Source of the DNA: an uncultured Alphaproteobacteria bacterium
Lineage (GTDB): Bacteria > Pseudomonadota > Alphaproteobacteria > GCA-2731375
Direction: 5' to 3'
Length of the DNA stretch: 64,000 nt
NCBI GenBank assembly: GCA_951812805.1
Contig: CATOSZ010000003.1
Span: 386,557-450,556, forward strand
The notes beneath the pieces were generated by a model that was not told the DNA's origin, did no database searches, and saw only the letters and a program-made list of their open reading frames with translations. This document shows, in pieces, positions 20,448-29,916 of this stretch. Position 1 is the first letter of the stretch, and every line of letters starts with the position of its first letter. Both the position numbers and the translations under genes were made by a program.

Positions 20448-22346
20448 ATGGCTGAAGGCGAAGTCACGCGCCGGCTGACGGCGATTGTCGCCGGAGATAT
20501 CGCCGGCTACTCCCGTCTCGTTTCCGAGGACGAGGAAGGTACCCTTGCCGCCCTGCGGGCACATCGGCGCGAGCTGATCGACCCCAAGGTCGCGGCGTAT
20601 CGAGGCCGCATCGCCAACACCGCCGGCGACAGCGTTCTGATCGAGTTCCCGAGCGTTGTCGAAGCCCTGCGCTGCATGATCGACATCCAGCAGGCCATGG
20701 GGGAACGCAACGCGGATGTGCCGGAAGAACGGCGTATCCGGTTCCGCGTCGGCGTCAACCTGGGCGACGTCATCGAGCAAGAGGACGGCGATCTTCTCGG
20801 TGACGGCGTCAACGTAGCGGCGCGCCTGGAGGGCCTCGCCGAACCAGGCGGCATTTGTCTCTCTCGCGCGGCCCGCGACCAGGTGCGCGATCGGATGGAT
20901 GTCTCGTTCGAAGACTTGGGCGAGGTCGAGGTCAAGAACATCGCCCGTCCCGTGCGGACATTCCGCGTCCTTCTCGATGGCGCAGGGCCGGCGCCCGCAT
21001 CCGGCCCGACACATCGCCGGCGCGGACGCCGTAACTTCCAGGTCGCCGCCGTCGCAGTTTCGCTGGCGATCATCGGTGCCGTGTTGATTTGGCAGGAACC
21101 CTGGCGGACCGAAGTCGAAGCGGCTTCCATCGAGCGCATGGCATTCCCGCTACCCGACAAGCCATCCATTGCCGTGCTGCCCTTCTCGAACCTGTCGGAT
21201 GACGCCTCCCAGGATTTCTTCGCGGATGGCATGACCGACGACATCATCACGGACATTTCCAAGGTCTCGGGCATATTCGTCATCGCTCCGCACTCCACGC
21301 GCGGCTACAAAGACAAGGATATTCTGGATCGATCGGTCGCCGAGGAATTGGGGGTACGCTATGTACTTCGGGGCAGCGTGCGGCGCGCGGGCGGCCAGCT
21401 CCGCCTCACCGCGCGGTTGATCGACGCCATCAAAGGGGTCCACCTTTGGGCCGATCGATACGACCGCAGCGTCGAGGACGTGTTCCAGGTTCAATCCGAA
21501 TTGACGGAACAGGTCGTGAAGGCGATGGCGGTGACCCTCAAGGCCCGGGAGCAGGATCGTATCCTGCAAAAGCACGTCACGGACATCGAAGCCTACGATG
21601 CCTTCGTGCAGGCGCGGAGGATTGTCGAGGTACCCACGCCGAGCAATATCCAGAAAGGCGAGCGGCTTTTCAAGAAGACCATCGAGCTCGACCCCGAGTT
21701 CGCGGGCGGCATCGCCGGACTGTCGTTCAACCACTCGGTCAAGGCGCGGTTTGGCTACGGCCCATCGCCGCAAGAAGACGTTTCGCGGGCACTGGCCCTG
21801 GCAAGACAGGCGATCAAGGCGGATCCCGAGTTCGCCTGGTCACATATAGCGCTCGCCGGCGCGCATCTGGCGAACGGCGAACAGGACGCGGCCGTCGATG
21901 CGATGCGGCAGGCCCTCGCTATTCAGCCGGGGGGTTACGAGACCAATCTGTTCATGTCGTTCTATTTGTTCTTCGCAGGCAAGTCGGCGCTTTCCGTCGA
22001 ATATGCGGAGATCGCCGACGACTTGAGCCGCGCGCCAACCTACCGTGGCCTCTTTTTCCTGGGCATGGCCTATTTCCAGGATCGCCAGTACGCCAAGAGT
22101 GAAGCGACCTGGGACAGAATCATCCAGTCCGTCGGCATCGTAAAGCATCCGGCTTTCTATCTTTTCCAGGCGGCCTCGCAGGCTGCTCAGGACAAGATGG
22201 AAGCCGCCGGTGAGACCGTCGCGCGCTTGGAACGGATCAATCCGGAATTCCGAGTGTCGAATTTCGGCAACCTCAAGTACAACAAATCCGGGGAATTTCG
22301 TGACCGGTTGATTCGAATGGCCATCAAGGCCGGTATTCCAGAGTAG
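20448..22346 (+). CDS. class III adenylate/guanylate cyclase with C-terminal TPR-like domain
   Basis: N-terminal CHD domain (LTAIVAGDIAGYSRL ... GDGVNVAARLEGLAEPGGICLS), then a TM segment and a TPR-like C-terminus. GC is lower than the flanks. Confidence 0.85.
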   Translation: MAEGEVTRRLTAIVAGDIAGYSRLVSEDEEGTLAALRAHRRELIDPKVAAYRGRIANTAGDSVLIEFPSVVEALRCMIDIQQAMGERNADVPEERRIRFRVGVNLGDVIEQEDGDLLGDGVNVAARLEGLAEPGGICLSRAARDQVRDRMDVSFEDLGEVEVKNIARPVRTFRVLLDGAGPAPASGPTHRRRGRRNFQVAAVAVSLAIIGAVLIWQEPWRTEVEAASIERMAFPLPDKPSIAVLPFSNLSDDASQDFFADGMTDDIITDISKVSGIFVIAPHSTRGYKDKDILDRSVAEELGVRYVLRGSVRRAGGQLRLTARLIDAIKGVHLWADRYDRSVEDVFQVQSELTEQVVKAMAVTLKAREQDRILQKHVTDIEAYDAFVQARRIVEVPTPSNIQKGERLFKKTIELDPEFAGGIAGLSFNHSVKARFGYGPSPQEDVSRALALARQAIKADPEFAWSHIALAGAHLANGEQDAAVDAMRQALAIQPGGYETNLFMSFYLFFAGKSALSVEYAEIADDLSRAPTYRGLFFLGMAYFQDRQYAKSEATWDRIIQSVGIVKHPAFYLFQAASQAAQDKMEAAGETVARLERINPEFRVSNFGNLKYNKSGEFRDRLIRMAIKAGIPE

Positions 22347-22477
22347 ATTCCGAAGAACGGACCGATGGCGTTTTATTCCCGCGAAGACCGCCACGGAAGA
22401 AGGCATCGCGATTTCTGATTATGGCGTACTCCGGGGGAATGGTCCCGCCGGCATCCGCCTTGCGTCCGACGCCGCAC

Positions 22478-22535
22478 CTCAGGCTTTGGGCACGTCGTAA
22501 CGGTTCAGGAGATCGTCGACGATGCCGTCGAGTTC
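22478..22535. repeat. direct repeat copy 1 (~57 bp; core 48 bp with 1 mismatch) = 3' tail plus stop of HpaB-like gene
   Basis: Core gggcacgtcgtaacggttcaggag[a/g]tcgtcgacgatgccgtcgagttc is shared with 25047-25094. Flanks differ on both sides. Confidence 0.7.
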
Positions 22536-22667
22536 GCCCCACAGCTCGGCCCGGTGCGCCTTCATGCGGGCGAGCGTGCCGGCTTCGTCCGCCTGCATCA
22601 GGCGCGAGTAACCGACGACGTCGGCGGCGAGCACGGCCGCGAGCCCGCGTTCAATGGCCTCGGACAT
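22479..22667 (-). pseudogene. chimeric remnant: first ~45 codons of a second class III adenylate cyclase fused to the 3' tail of an HpaB-like gene
   Basis: The N-terminus LAAVLAADVVGYSRLMQADEAGTLARMKAHRAELW parallels the N-terminus of the 20448 cyclase. The C-terminus ELDGIVDDLLNRYDVPKA* is the same tail as the 25038-25481 fragment, and is part of the direct repeat. Confidence 0.5.
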
Positions 22668-23692
22668 GTTCTCAGTCTAGCGGAACGGCTGGGGAACAGG
22701 AACGGCCCGTCGAGAAGTTCAACGGCCGAAACATTCGGCTTTCCGGCCGGGGAGGAGCCGGCGCTCTTGGGGTGCAACGCCGTCGTCAACGCTCGACGTC
22801 GAACCACGGGCGAATACAATTCACTGGTCGCCGCGGGCGTCGCTCCCGTCATCGAGGGGCCTCGCCAAGTATCCATCCGTCACGGGTGCCTGAGCTCAGT
22901 ATCCATCGCAGGGATATCAACGTCCTCGTACCAGGTCGGCGCTGGCTTCAGCGACGCGACGCGCGAGCCGCAGTAATCGCACCGCCAATGCCCACCGCGC
23001 CGATGTCCTCCACTTGCAAAAGATCGAAATGCCGTCTGAATACACAAAATATTCATGGCATTACTTTAAGTATTTCGCCCTGGCCTTCAAATGTCATGAA
23101 AATACCGCCCTAATATTGTTGCGGCAGATGAAAAATAAATCTGAATAACATGCGCGTTTTTCATTGTAATCGTATCGTGGAGACGCCACGTATACTTGGC
23201 CGACAAATGGCTGTCGCGCCTAGATCGAGGCAAATCTCCAGATGTCCTTTAAGGAATTCTCATCCGCCCACAACGCCGCCGACACCATAAAGAAAACCGA
23301 CAAGCCCGCAGACACGGCGAGCGCCGAGCAGAAGCCGTCCAAGACCGAGGATATACCCGCGACAGAGGCGCCCGAGTCGACGTCATAGATCTCCACCGGG
23401 CCGCCCGCCGATGACATGGTGAACCGGGCATCCGGTGCGCACCTGCGACGTTGCACGCGGCGGGCAGGCGCATCGCTACGCCGTCACCACCCAGTGGCGT
23501 CAACGGCGATCGGCACCGCTGGGAATTTCGATGGCATCTGCGGGTGGGGCCGATACGCCGCCAGCCGACGTGCCGGTCATCGATACCCCGTCGGAAACTA
23601 GAGCGTAGCGCCTGCGAGTGACGAAGGAACGCGCCGAGTACGGTGGTTCTAGCGAATATCAGATTGAACGAGGACCGCAACGATGACTTGGA

Positions 23693-23806
23693 ATCAGCCG
23701 GGCGGCAGCGGTGGGGGCCCACAGCCTTCCAAGCTCGAGGAACTGCTGCGCGAGGGCCAGGACAACCTCAGGGGCGGGTTTCCCGGTGGCCGTTGATATC
23801 TTCCTG
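23693..23806 (+). pseudogene. hflK-like 5' remnant (36 codons then stop)
   Basis: MTWNQPGGSGGGPQPSKLEELLREGQDNLRGGFPGG resembles the Gly-rich N-terminus of HflK/SPFH modulators (MAWNQPG...). It is terminated by TGA and no SPFH domain follows. Confidence 0.35.
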
Positions 23807-23835
23807 GCGATCGTGCTGTTCGCAAGCACCTATCT

Positions 23836-25059
23836 GTGCTTCGTGCGTCTGCTGCGTTATCCGCGCAACTGGCTCCCCCCGCGTGGACGGAAACACTGGT
23901 CACCACGGCACTCGCGGTGGGCACGGTCGTCCATGTCGGACTGTCGTCGGACGGCATCGACGCCGCCGCCGCCACTCTCGTGGCAATTTTCATCATCGGG
24001 CTCTTCTATGTCGTCGCCGCGCCGGCGATTGCCTTCCGGCCGACGTCGCGATCAATGGAATTTCTGGCCCGCCACGCCGACCACGCCGGGCTTTGGATGT
24101 CGCTTCCGGCCCTCGTCGCTTGTGGGCTGGTTTGGAACCCGAAGATGCTGGCCGTCCTGCTCACGGCCATGGCGATCGAATTGGCCTGGTACGTCAGGCG
24201 ACGTCGGGCTGGCGGTCGACGGTCGCTCTATCGCCTCGACGATCACGATCTCGCCGTCCTGAAGCGGCAGGCGGGAGGTAATCTCGCCGTATTCGGAAAG
24301 CGTCACGGCATCCGCGAGCTGGAGATAAATGCAAACGCCGACGCCTGGCGCGGATGCACCAAGGAATCCGCACCGTGTCCCTTCAATCTCTACGTCAACC
24401 GTCTCGGTCTCAATACCGCGCCCTGTTGCCGCGAACACCTGGCGGAACTTTGTCGTTACGTCGCGTCCCAGCTCTCGGAATTGAACTTCGTATACTGGCT
24501 GGACGGGGGAACCTTGCTGGGGGCGGTCCGGGAGGACGGATCGCTTTTGAAATGGGAGGACGACGTCGATCTTTCCGTCCTGCTGCAAGACGATGCGTCC
24601 TGGGATCGGCTGGTCGCCGAACTGGGCGCCTGCTGTCAGCGGGACGGCTTTTCCTGCGACGTCTTTGCCAAAGAAGGTTACCTCACGATCTCCTACGACC
24701 CGCCGCAAGCATGGCCGCTGCTCTACGAGCGCTACAGGATGAGGGGCGAGATCCGCCTCGATCTCTTCGTCTATCGGGAGGCGGACAGCCGCGGCTCGGC
24801 GGTGGTCGAGCGGCGGCACTACAAGGCGTCGATGCCCGAGACCGAAAGTGGTGGCTATGGCGTGGCGCGCGACATCGTGCTGCCGACCTCGACGATCACT
24901 TTCCTCGGCGAAGAGTACTCCTGTCCCGGTCGACCGGTTGCCTATCTCGAACAGCTCTACGGTGACTTTCGGAAGGTGGAGTATTCCTATGTCGACGACT
25001 CGGCCGCCCAAACCCGCCGATCCTTGGATGTCGAAGATCAGGCCTCGGGCACGTCGTAA
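23836..25059 (+). CDS. LicD-family (phosphocholine/phospho-sugar transferase, fukutin-like) protein with N-terminal membrane region; probably frameshifted near its 5' end
   Basis: LicD signature YWLDGGTLLGAVREDGSLLKWEDDVDLSV. The upstream frame (from ~23711) encodes a TM segment and joins this frame at a C6 homopolymer tract (~23866-23872). Low-GC islet. Confidence 0.6.
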   Translation: MLRASAALSAQLAPPAWTETLVTTALAVGTVVHVGLSSDGIDAAAATLVAIFIIGLFYVVAAPAIAFRPTSRSMEFLARHADHAGLWMSLPALVACGLVWNPKMLAVLLTAMAIELAWYVRRRRAGGRRSLYRLDDHDLAVLKRQAGGNLAVFGKRHGIRELEINANADAWRGCTKESAPCPFNLYVNRLGLNTAPCCREHLAELCRYVASQLSELNFVYWLDGGTLLGAVREDGSLLKWEDDVDLSVLLQDDASWDRLVAELGACCQRDGFSCDVFAKEGYLTISYDPPQAWPLLYERYRMRGEIRLDLFVYREADSRGSAVVERRHYKASMPETESGGYGVARDIVLPTSTITFLGEEYSCPGRPVAYLEQLYGDFRKVEYSYVDDSAAQTRRSLDVEDQASGTS

Positions 25060-25094
25060 CGGTTCAGGAGGTCGTCGACGATGCCGTCGAGTTC
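25038..25094. repeat. direct repeat copy 2 (native 3' end of HpaB-like fragment)
   Basis: See copy 1. Confidence 0.7.
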
Positions 25095-25481
25095 ATCCCA
25101 CGGCGCCTCGCGGAAGCTGTGGCCGCGCACGATGAAGGGGGCGCCCGCATAGAATTTCTCATAGCTCTGATGGCGGCCGGCGAATTCGGAGCCGAAGAGA
25201 TCCCAGGCCAGGCGGAGCAGTTTCATGCGGGAGACGGCATCCATCTGCGGGGTTTGCCAGTAGGTCTCGAAGCGCTCGCGCAACGCCGGTTCCTGCAGAA
25301 CACTGACGTCCGCCGGCATCTGGAAGACGCCGCCACCGCAGAGCTCGCGCAGGATGTCGATGATGCCCGCGTGGTTCTCGGTACACCAATTGAGCGCCGC
25401 ATACATCATGCGCCGATTGAACGTGAGGTGGCCTTCGGGCCAGCTCTCCGCGGTGTGAATCGGCATGCAAAACTGACCCAC
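25038..25481 (-). pseudogene. C-terminal ~147 aa fragment of an HpaB-like (4-hydroxyphenylacetate 3-monooxygenase oxygenase component family) gene, 5'-truncated by an IS21-family insertion
   Basis: Only the C-terminal portion is present. The frame opens immediately inside the left end of the IS21 element. Confidence 0.5.
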
Positions 25482-25629
25482 TTTGGTGGGTTATGAGCGG
25501 TAAGAATTGACCCACCTGGAACGCTGCGGATTTCGGTAGTTCCGGACGGCGGTTTCAGTAAGTCCTGGCCACCGATTTCATAAAGTCCCGGCCGGTTCCG
25601 GGAGTTTGGCTTCGGGTGCCTTGTTGCCG

Positions 25630-26406
25630 TCAGTCGGGATTGTTTTCCGTTGTGGTTGGCTGGGTCAAGTCGGTCGTCGATTTCTTCTTTCGCATGCTGT
25701 CGCCTTTCAAGCCGATGCGGTGGGCGTTGTGGATGACGCGGTCGAGGATGGCGTCGGCGATGGTGGCCTCGCCGATCAGGTCGTGCCAGGCGGTCACGGG
25801 GATCTGCGCGGTGATGAGGGTTGAGCGTCGGTGGTATCGTTCCTCGCAGATTTCCAGGAGATCGAGGCGCTGGCGGTCGGTCAGGCCATGGGTTCCCCAG
25901 TCGTCGAGGACGAGCAGCTGGACCCGGGCGAGGCGGTCGATCAGGCGGGGCAGCCGGCCGTCGAGGCGGGCCATGGCGAGGTCCTCGAAGAGCCTGGGCA
26001 TGCGGACGTAGAGGACGGAATGATCGAGCCTGGCGGCCTGATGGGCGATGGCACAGGCGAGCCATGTCTTGCCGGTTCCGGTCTGGCCGGTGACGATGAG
26101 GTTCTCGTGTGCCTTGAGCCAGACGCCCTGGGCGAGAGAGAGGACGGCGCGGCGGTCGAGGCCTCGTTCGGCGGCGAAGTCGATGTCCTCGATGCAGGCC
26201 TCGGGGAAGCGTAGCCTGGCCTGTCTGAGGCGGTTGGCGAGGCGCTTGTCGGCGCGGGTGGCGGCCTCGCGGTCGAGCATGAGGGCGAGCCAGTCCTCGC
26301 GGTTCAATTCCGATGATTGGCCTCGCTCGGCCATGTCGCGGTAAGCCTCTGCCATGCCCTTGAAGCCGAGGGCCTGCATCTGGTCGAGGGTCGGGTGTGT
26401 CAGCAT
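25630..26406 (-). CDS. istB: IS21-family helper ATPase IstB
   Basis: Walker [14 protein letters not shown], IstB family. Real start [14 protein letters not shown]; the track ORF is 5'-extended. Confidence 0.85.
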   Translation of the reverse strand: MLTHPTLDQMQALGFKGMAEAYRDMAERGQSSELNREDWLALMLDREAATRADKRLANRLRQARLRFPEACIEDIDFAAERGLDRRAVLSLAQGVWLKAHENLIVTGQTGTGKTWLACAIAHQAARLDHSVLYVRMPRLFEDLAMARLDGRLPRLIDRLARVQLLVLDDWGTHGLTDRQRLDLLEICEERYHRRSTLITAQIPVTAWHDLIGEATIADAILDRVIHNAHRIGLKGDSMRKKKSTTDLTQPTTTENNPD

Positions 26407-26423
26407 GAGGTGTCTTCTCCTGG

Positions 26424-27977
26424 TTATCGGTAGTAGCCGGGGCCGCGGATGTTGGTGTGTGGCGGCAGCGGCAGAAGCGGTTCGCGCTCGGGGCGTGTGC
26501 GATCGAGGCCGGACTTGAGGATGGCGGCGAGCGATGAGTAGCTGGTCGTGTTGATGGTGAGCGCGCGTGCGCAGGCGGCCTCGACGCGTTCCGGTTCGTA
26601 TCGGCGGGCGAGCGACAAGACGCCCATGGCGCTGCGATAGCCTTGCTCGGGATGGGGCCGATCGCGGATCATCCGCTCGACCAGGAGGGCGGCGTTGGGG
26701 CCGATGCGGCTGGCCTGGTCGATCAGGCTTTGTGGCGTTCGCTCGGCATAGCGCTGGTGCGCCTTGGGCATGTGGGCCGGGATCGTGGCATGGCCGCCAT
26801 GCGGTGAGCGGCGGAGATGGCTGGCGACGCGCTTGTGGTTGTGGAAGATCTCGACCGTGCGGTGAGTGAGCCGGACTTGGACCTTGCGGCCGATCAGGCC
26901 GTGCGGCACGGAGTAGAAGCTGCGCTCGACGTCGACGTGATAGTCGGAATGGACCTTGGCGGTCTTCCATTCGGCATATTCGAAGGGCGTCGTCGGCAGG
27001 GGTGCCAGGGCCTCGCGCTCGATGGCCTCGAACATCTGGCGCCGGCTCTTTCCAAGGTTGCGCATGGGCCGCTCGTTGAGCTCCTCGAGGAGGTCGCGGA
27101 TCGCCCGGTTGAGCTGGTCGAGGGAGAAGAAGCGCGTATTGCGCAGTCTTGCCAGGATCCAGCGCTCGACGACCTGGACGGCGACTTCGACCTTGGCCTT
27201 GTCGCGCGGCTTGCGGACCCGGGTCGGCAGGACGGTGGTGTCGTAGTGCTCGGCGAGCGCGGCGAAGGTCGGGTTGAGGGTCGGCTCGAACCAGAGCGGC
27301 TTGGCGACGCCGGCCTTGAGGTTATCGCAGACGATGCTCTTGGGCACGCCGCCGAAGTAGGCGAGCGCCCGGCATTGTCCGGCGACCCAGTCGGGCAGGC
27401 GCTGGGTCAGGCTGGCGGTGGCGAAGGTGAGCGAGGAAGCGCCCAGCACGGCGACGAAGATCTGCGCGTCGTGCACCTCGCCGGTCTCGGGGTCGACGAT
27501 GTCCACCGTCTGGCCGGCATAATCGGTCTGCATGACCGCACCGGCCTCGTGGCGGTTGCGCCAGGTGGCGCCGGTGCGCCGCTTGAACGCCGTGAAGGCT
27601 TCGCAGAACCAGGTGTAGCCGTAGCCATCGGGATGTGAGGCGCGGTATTCCTGCCAGAGCAGGGTCAGCGTCACCCCCTTGCGCTTCAGCTCGGCCGCGA
27701 CCGTCGGCCAGTGCGGCTCGCACCTGTCGCGCGGGGGCCGGCCCATGCGGCGGAACAGCGTCTCTTGCAGGACCGCGTCGTCCTCGTATTCCGCCGGCAG
27801 CGGCCAGGCGGTAAGGCCGACCTCGCGGGCCCGCAGCAAATAGGTCGACACTGTCGTCTTGGAGACCTTCAGCCGTTCCGCCACCTCTCGCGCCGAGAGG
27901 CCTTGGTCATGCGTCAGCCGCAGGATCGTTCGTGCATCTCTCACCGTCGTTCGTCTCGTCTGCTTCCGTCTGGGCAT
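26424..27977 (-). CDS. istA: IS21-family transposase IstA
   Basis: N-terminal HTH ([21 protein letters not shown]) plus DDE integrase core; ~517 aa. Confidence 0.85.
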   Translation of the reverse strand: MPRRKQTRRTTVRDARTILRLTHDQGLSAREVAERLKVSKTTVSTYLLRAREVGLTAWPLPAEYEDDAVLQETLFRRMGRPPRDRCEPHWPTVAAELKRKGVTLTLLWQEYRASHPDGYGYTWFCEAFTAFKRRTGATWRNRHEAGAVMQTDYAGQTVDIVDPETGEVHDAQIFVAVLGASSLTFATASLTQRLPDWVAGQCRALAYFGGVPKSIVCDNLKAGVAKPLWFEPTLNPTFAALAEHYDTTVLPTRVRKPRDKAKVEVAVQVVERWILARLRNTRFFSLDQLNRAIRDLLEELNERPMRNLGKSRRQMFEAIEREALAPLPTTPFEYAEWKTAKVHSDYHVDVERSFYSVPHGLIGRKVQVRLTHRTVEIFHNHKRVASHLRRSPHGGHATIPAHMPKAHQRYAERTPQSLIDQASRIGPNAALLVERMIRDRPHPEQGYRSAMGVLSLARRYEPERVEAACARALTINTTSYSSLAAILKSGLDRTRPEREPLLPLPPHTNIRGPGYYR

Positions 27978-28200
27978 GTCCCCTCCCGGCAAAAGCCAAG
28001 AGGTAGACGCCGAGACGGCGCACCCGAAAGCTGAACTCAGATCGCCCCGTGATGCTGTCCGGGACTTTCCGGAATCACTGGCCGCGACTTACTGAAATCT
28101 CTGGCCAGGACTTTCCGTAATCGGTGTCCGGGACTTTCCGAAACGCGCAGAACGCTAGCATCCGCACGGAACAGTGCGGAGGAAAGAGCAGGTGGTATTG

Positions 28201-29700
28201 ATGGAAAGCGTATTGAAGATCCGACGTTGGATATTACGGGAGGGTCGGAGTATCCGATCTGTATCTCGTCAGACTGGTTTGTCGCGGAACACGATTAAGA
28301 AGTATCTGAAGGACGGCGATCCACCGAGCTATCAGCGGCGCGTTTCACCCGTCCGGCGTAAGCTTAGCGATGGCTTCGCCAGCCGGCTTCGGGCGCTCTT
28401 TGAGCAGGACCTGGGGCGCCCGCGCCGTGAGCGCCGGACGGCCAAGAAGCTTTATGAGCAGCTTGTGTCGGAAGGCTATAGCGGATCCTACTCGACGGTT
28501 CAGAGGTTTGTCCGCGACCTGAAGCGTTCTGGCGCCGGATCGGGGGATGCGTTCATTCCGTTGCACTTTACGGCAGGTGACGCGCTCCAGTTTGACTGGA
28601 GCACGGAATACGCTGTCCTGGGCGGTGTCGAGCAGAAGGTAAAGGTTGCCCACTTCCGCCTATGTCATAGCCGCAAGCCCTTTGTTGTTGCCTATCCCAG
28701 CGAATCTCAGGAGATGGTGCTGGACGCCTTTGCACGGGCGATGTCTTTCTATGGCGGCGTACCGCGCCGGGTGATCATCGACAACCCCAAGACGATGGTA
28801 ACCTATGTTTCGCGCTCTAAGGACCGTGTGTTCCATCCGCGCTTTCTGGCGTTGATGAACCACTATGTGATGGAACCGGTTGCTTGCACACCCGCGGCGG
28901 GGTGGGAGAAGGGTCAGATTGAGAACCAGGTTGGGTTCCTGCGGGGACAGCTGTTTGCGCCCAAGCCCGCCTTTGACGATCTGGATGCGCTGAACGGCTG
29001 GTTGCGTCTGCGCTGCGAGGAATTGGCGAATCGCGCCCACCCCGAACAATCGGATCGCAAGATCTCGGACGTGTTCGCAGACGAGTGCGCCGAACTGCGT
29101 CCCCTGGGCCGGGCTTTTGACGGCTATGTTGAGAAGGCCGCTCGTGTCCGCTCTACCTGTCTGGTCCAATATGCCACCAATCGCTATAGCGTCCCCTCCC
29201 GGTTCGCCGGGGAGCTTGTCTCTCTGCGCGCCTATGCGGACCGGATCGTGGTTGTGTCAGGGCAGAATGTGATTGCCGAGCACAAGCGCCGCTTTACCCG
29301 CAACGCCAGCTATTTCGAGCCCTGGCATTACCTGCCCCTACTCGACCGCAAGCCCGGCGCGCTGAGAGATGGCGCGCCCTTTGTGGGTTGGCAATTGCCT
29401 GAGGCGATGCACCGGGTCAGGGCGCATTACATGGCCGGCAAAGGCGGGGACCGGGAGTTTGTCGATCTGCTCCTGCTGGCCCAGGATCACGGGATCGAGG
29501 TGGTCGAGATAGCCTGTGAACTGGCCGTGGAGCAGAACACGCTGCGCCTTCCGGCCATCATCAATCTGATCAACCAACTGGTGGAGCCGGTCATCGCGCC
29601 ATGGGGCGAGAGCCACGCCTATCCGCAACTGACCTTGCGGCCCGAAGCGGACTGCAAGCGCTATGAGACGCTGTGCGTTGCCGGGGAGGCCGTCGCATGA
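28201..29700 (+). CDS. istA: IS21-family transposase IstA (copy 2)
   Basis: Starts MESVLKIRRWILREGRSIRSVSRQTGLSRNTIKKYL (HTH) followed by a DDE core. Confidence 0.85.
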   Translation: MESVLKIRRWILREGRSIRSVSRQTGLSRNTIKKYLKDGDPPSYQRRVSPVRRKLSDGFASRLRALFEQDLGRPRRERRTAKKLYEQLVSEGYSGSYSTVQRFVRDLKRSGAGSGDAFIPLHFTAGDALQFDWSTEYAVLGGVEQKVKVAHFRLCHSRKPFVVAYPSESQEMVLDAFARAMSFYGGVPRRVIIDNPKTMVTYVSRSKDRVFHPRFLALMNHYVMEPVACTPAAGWEKGQIENQVGFLRGQLFAPKPAFDDLDALNGWLRLRCEELANRAHPEQSDRKISDVFADECAELRPLGRAFDGYVEKAARVRSTCLVQYATNRYSVPSRFAGELVSLRAYADRIVVVSGQNVIAEHKRRFTRNASYFEPWHYLPLLDRKPGALRDGAPFVGWQLPEAMHRVRAHYMAGKGGDREFVDLLLLAQDHGIEVVEIACELAVEQNTLRLPAIINLINQLVEPVIAPWGESHAYPQLTLRPEADCKRYETLCVAGEAVA

Positions 29701-29916
29701 AAGCTTTGATAGACCAACTGATCGCCCTGAGGCTGTATGGAATGGCGGCTTGCGCCGAAGCTTTGCTGGCCGCGCGCAAGCCGCCAAGTCTGACCACTGC
29801 GATAAAGCAACTGATCGACGCCGAGACTGTAGAGCGCCGGGTGCGCTCTATCCAGCACCAAATGCGGGCCTCGAAGTTCCCCCACCATAAGGACTTCGCC
29901 ACTTTCGATTACGGCC
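29697..29916 (+). pseudogene. istB: istB (copy 2) N-terminal fragment, interrupted by IS1182 insertion
   Basis: MKALIDQLIALRLYGMAA...DFATFDYGLAA. The reading frame resumes at 31467 after the 1.55-kb insertion. Confidence 0.7.

Larger units (their letters stand above)
25520..28164. mobile_element. IS21-family insertion sequence (copy 1), complete istA-istB, ~2.65 kb
   Basis: Terminal regions carry multiple imperfect inverted copies of the ggaaagtcccgg / ccgggactttcc motif at both ends (25520-25600 and 28060-28164). Confidence 0.7.

Noticed and set aside
22667-23250. Looked for a tRNA/tmRNA gene at the edge of the low-GC islet (typical integration target)
   Set aside because: No cloverleaf-compatible segment with a T-loop GTTCRANYC and CCA-proximal acceptor stem could be found by eye. 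tRNAscan would be needed to be sure.
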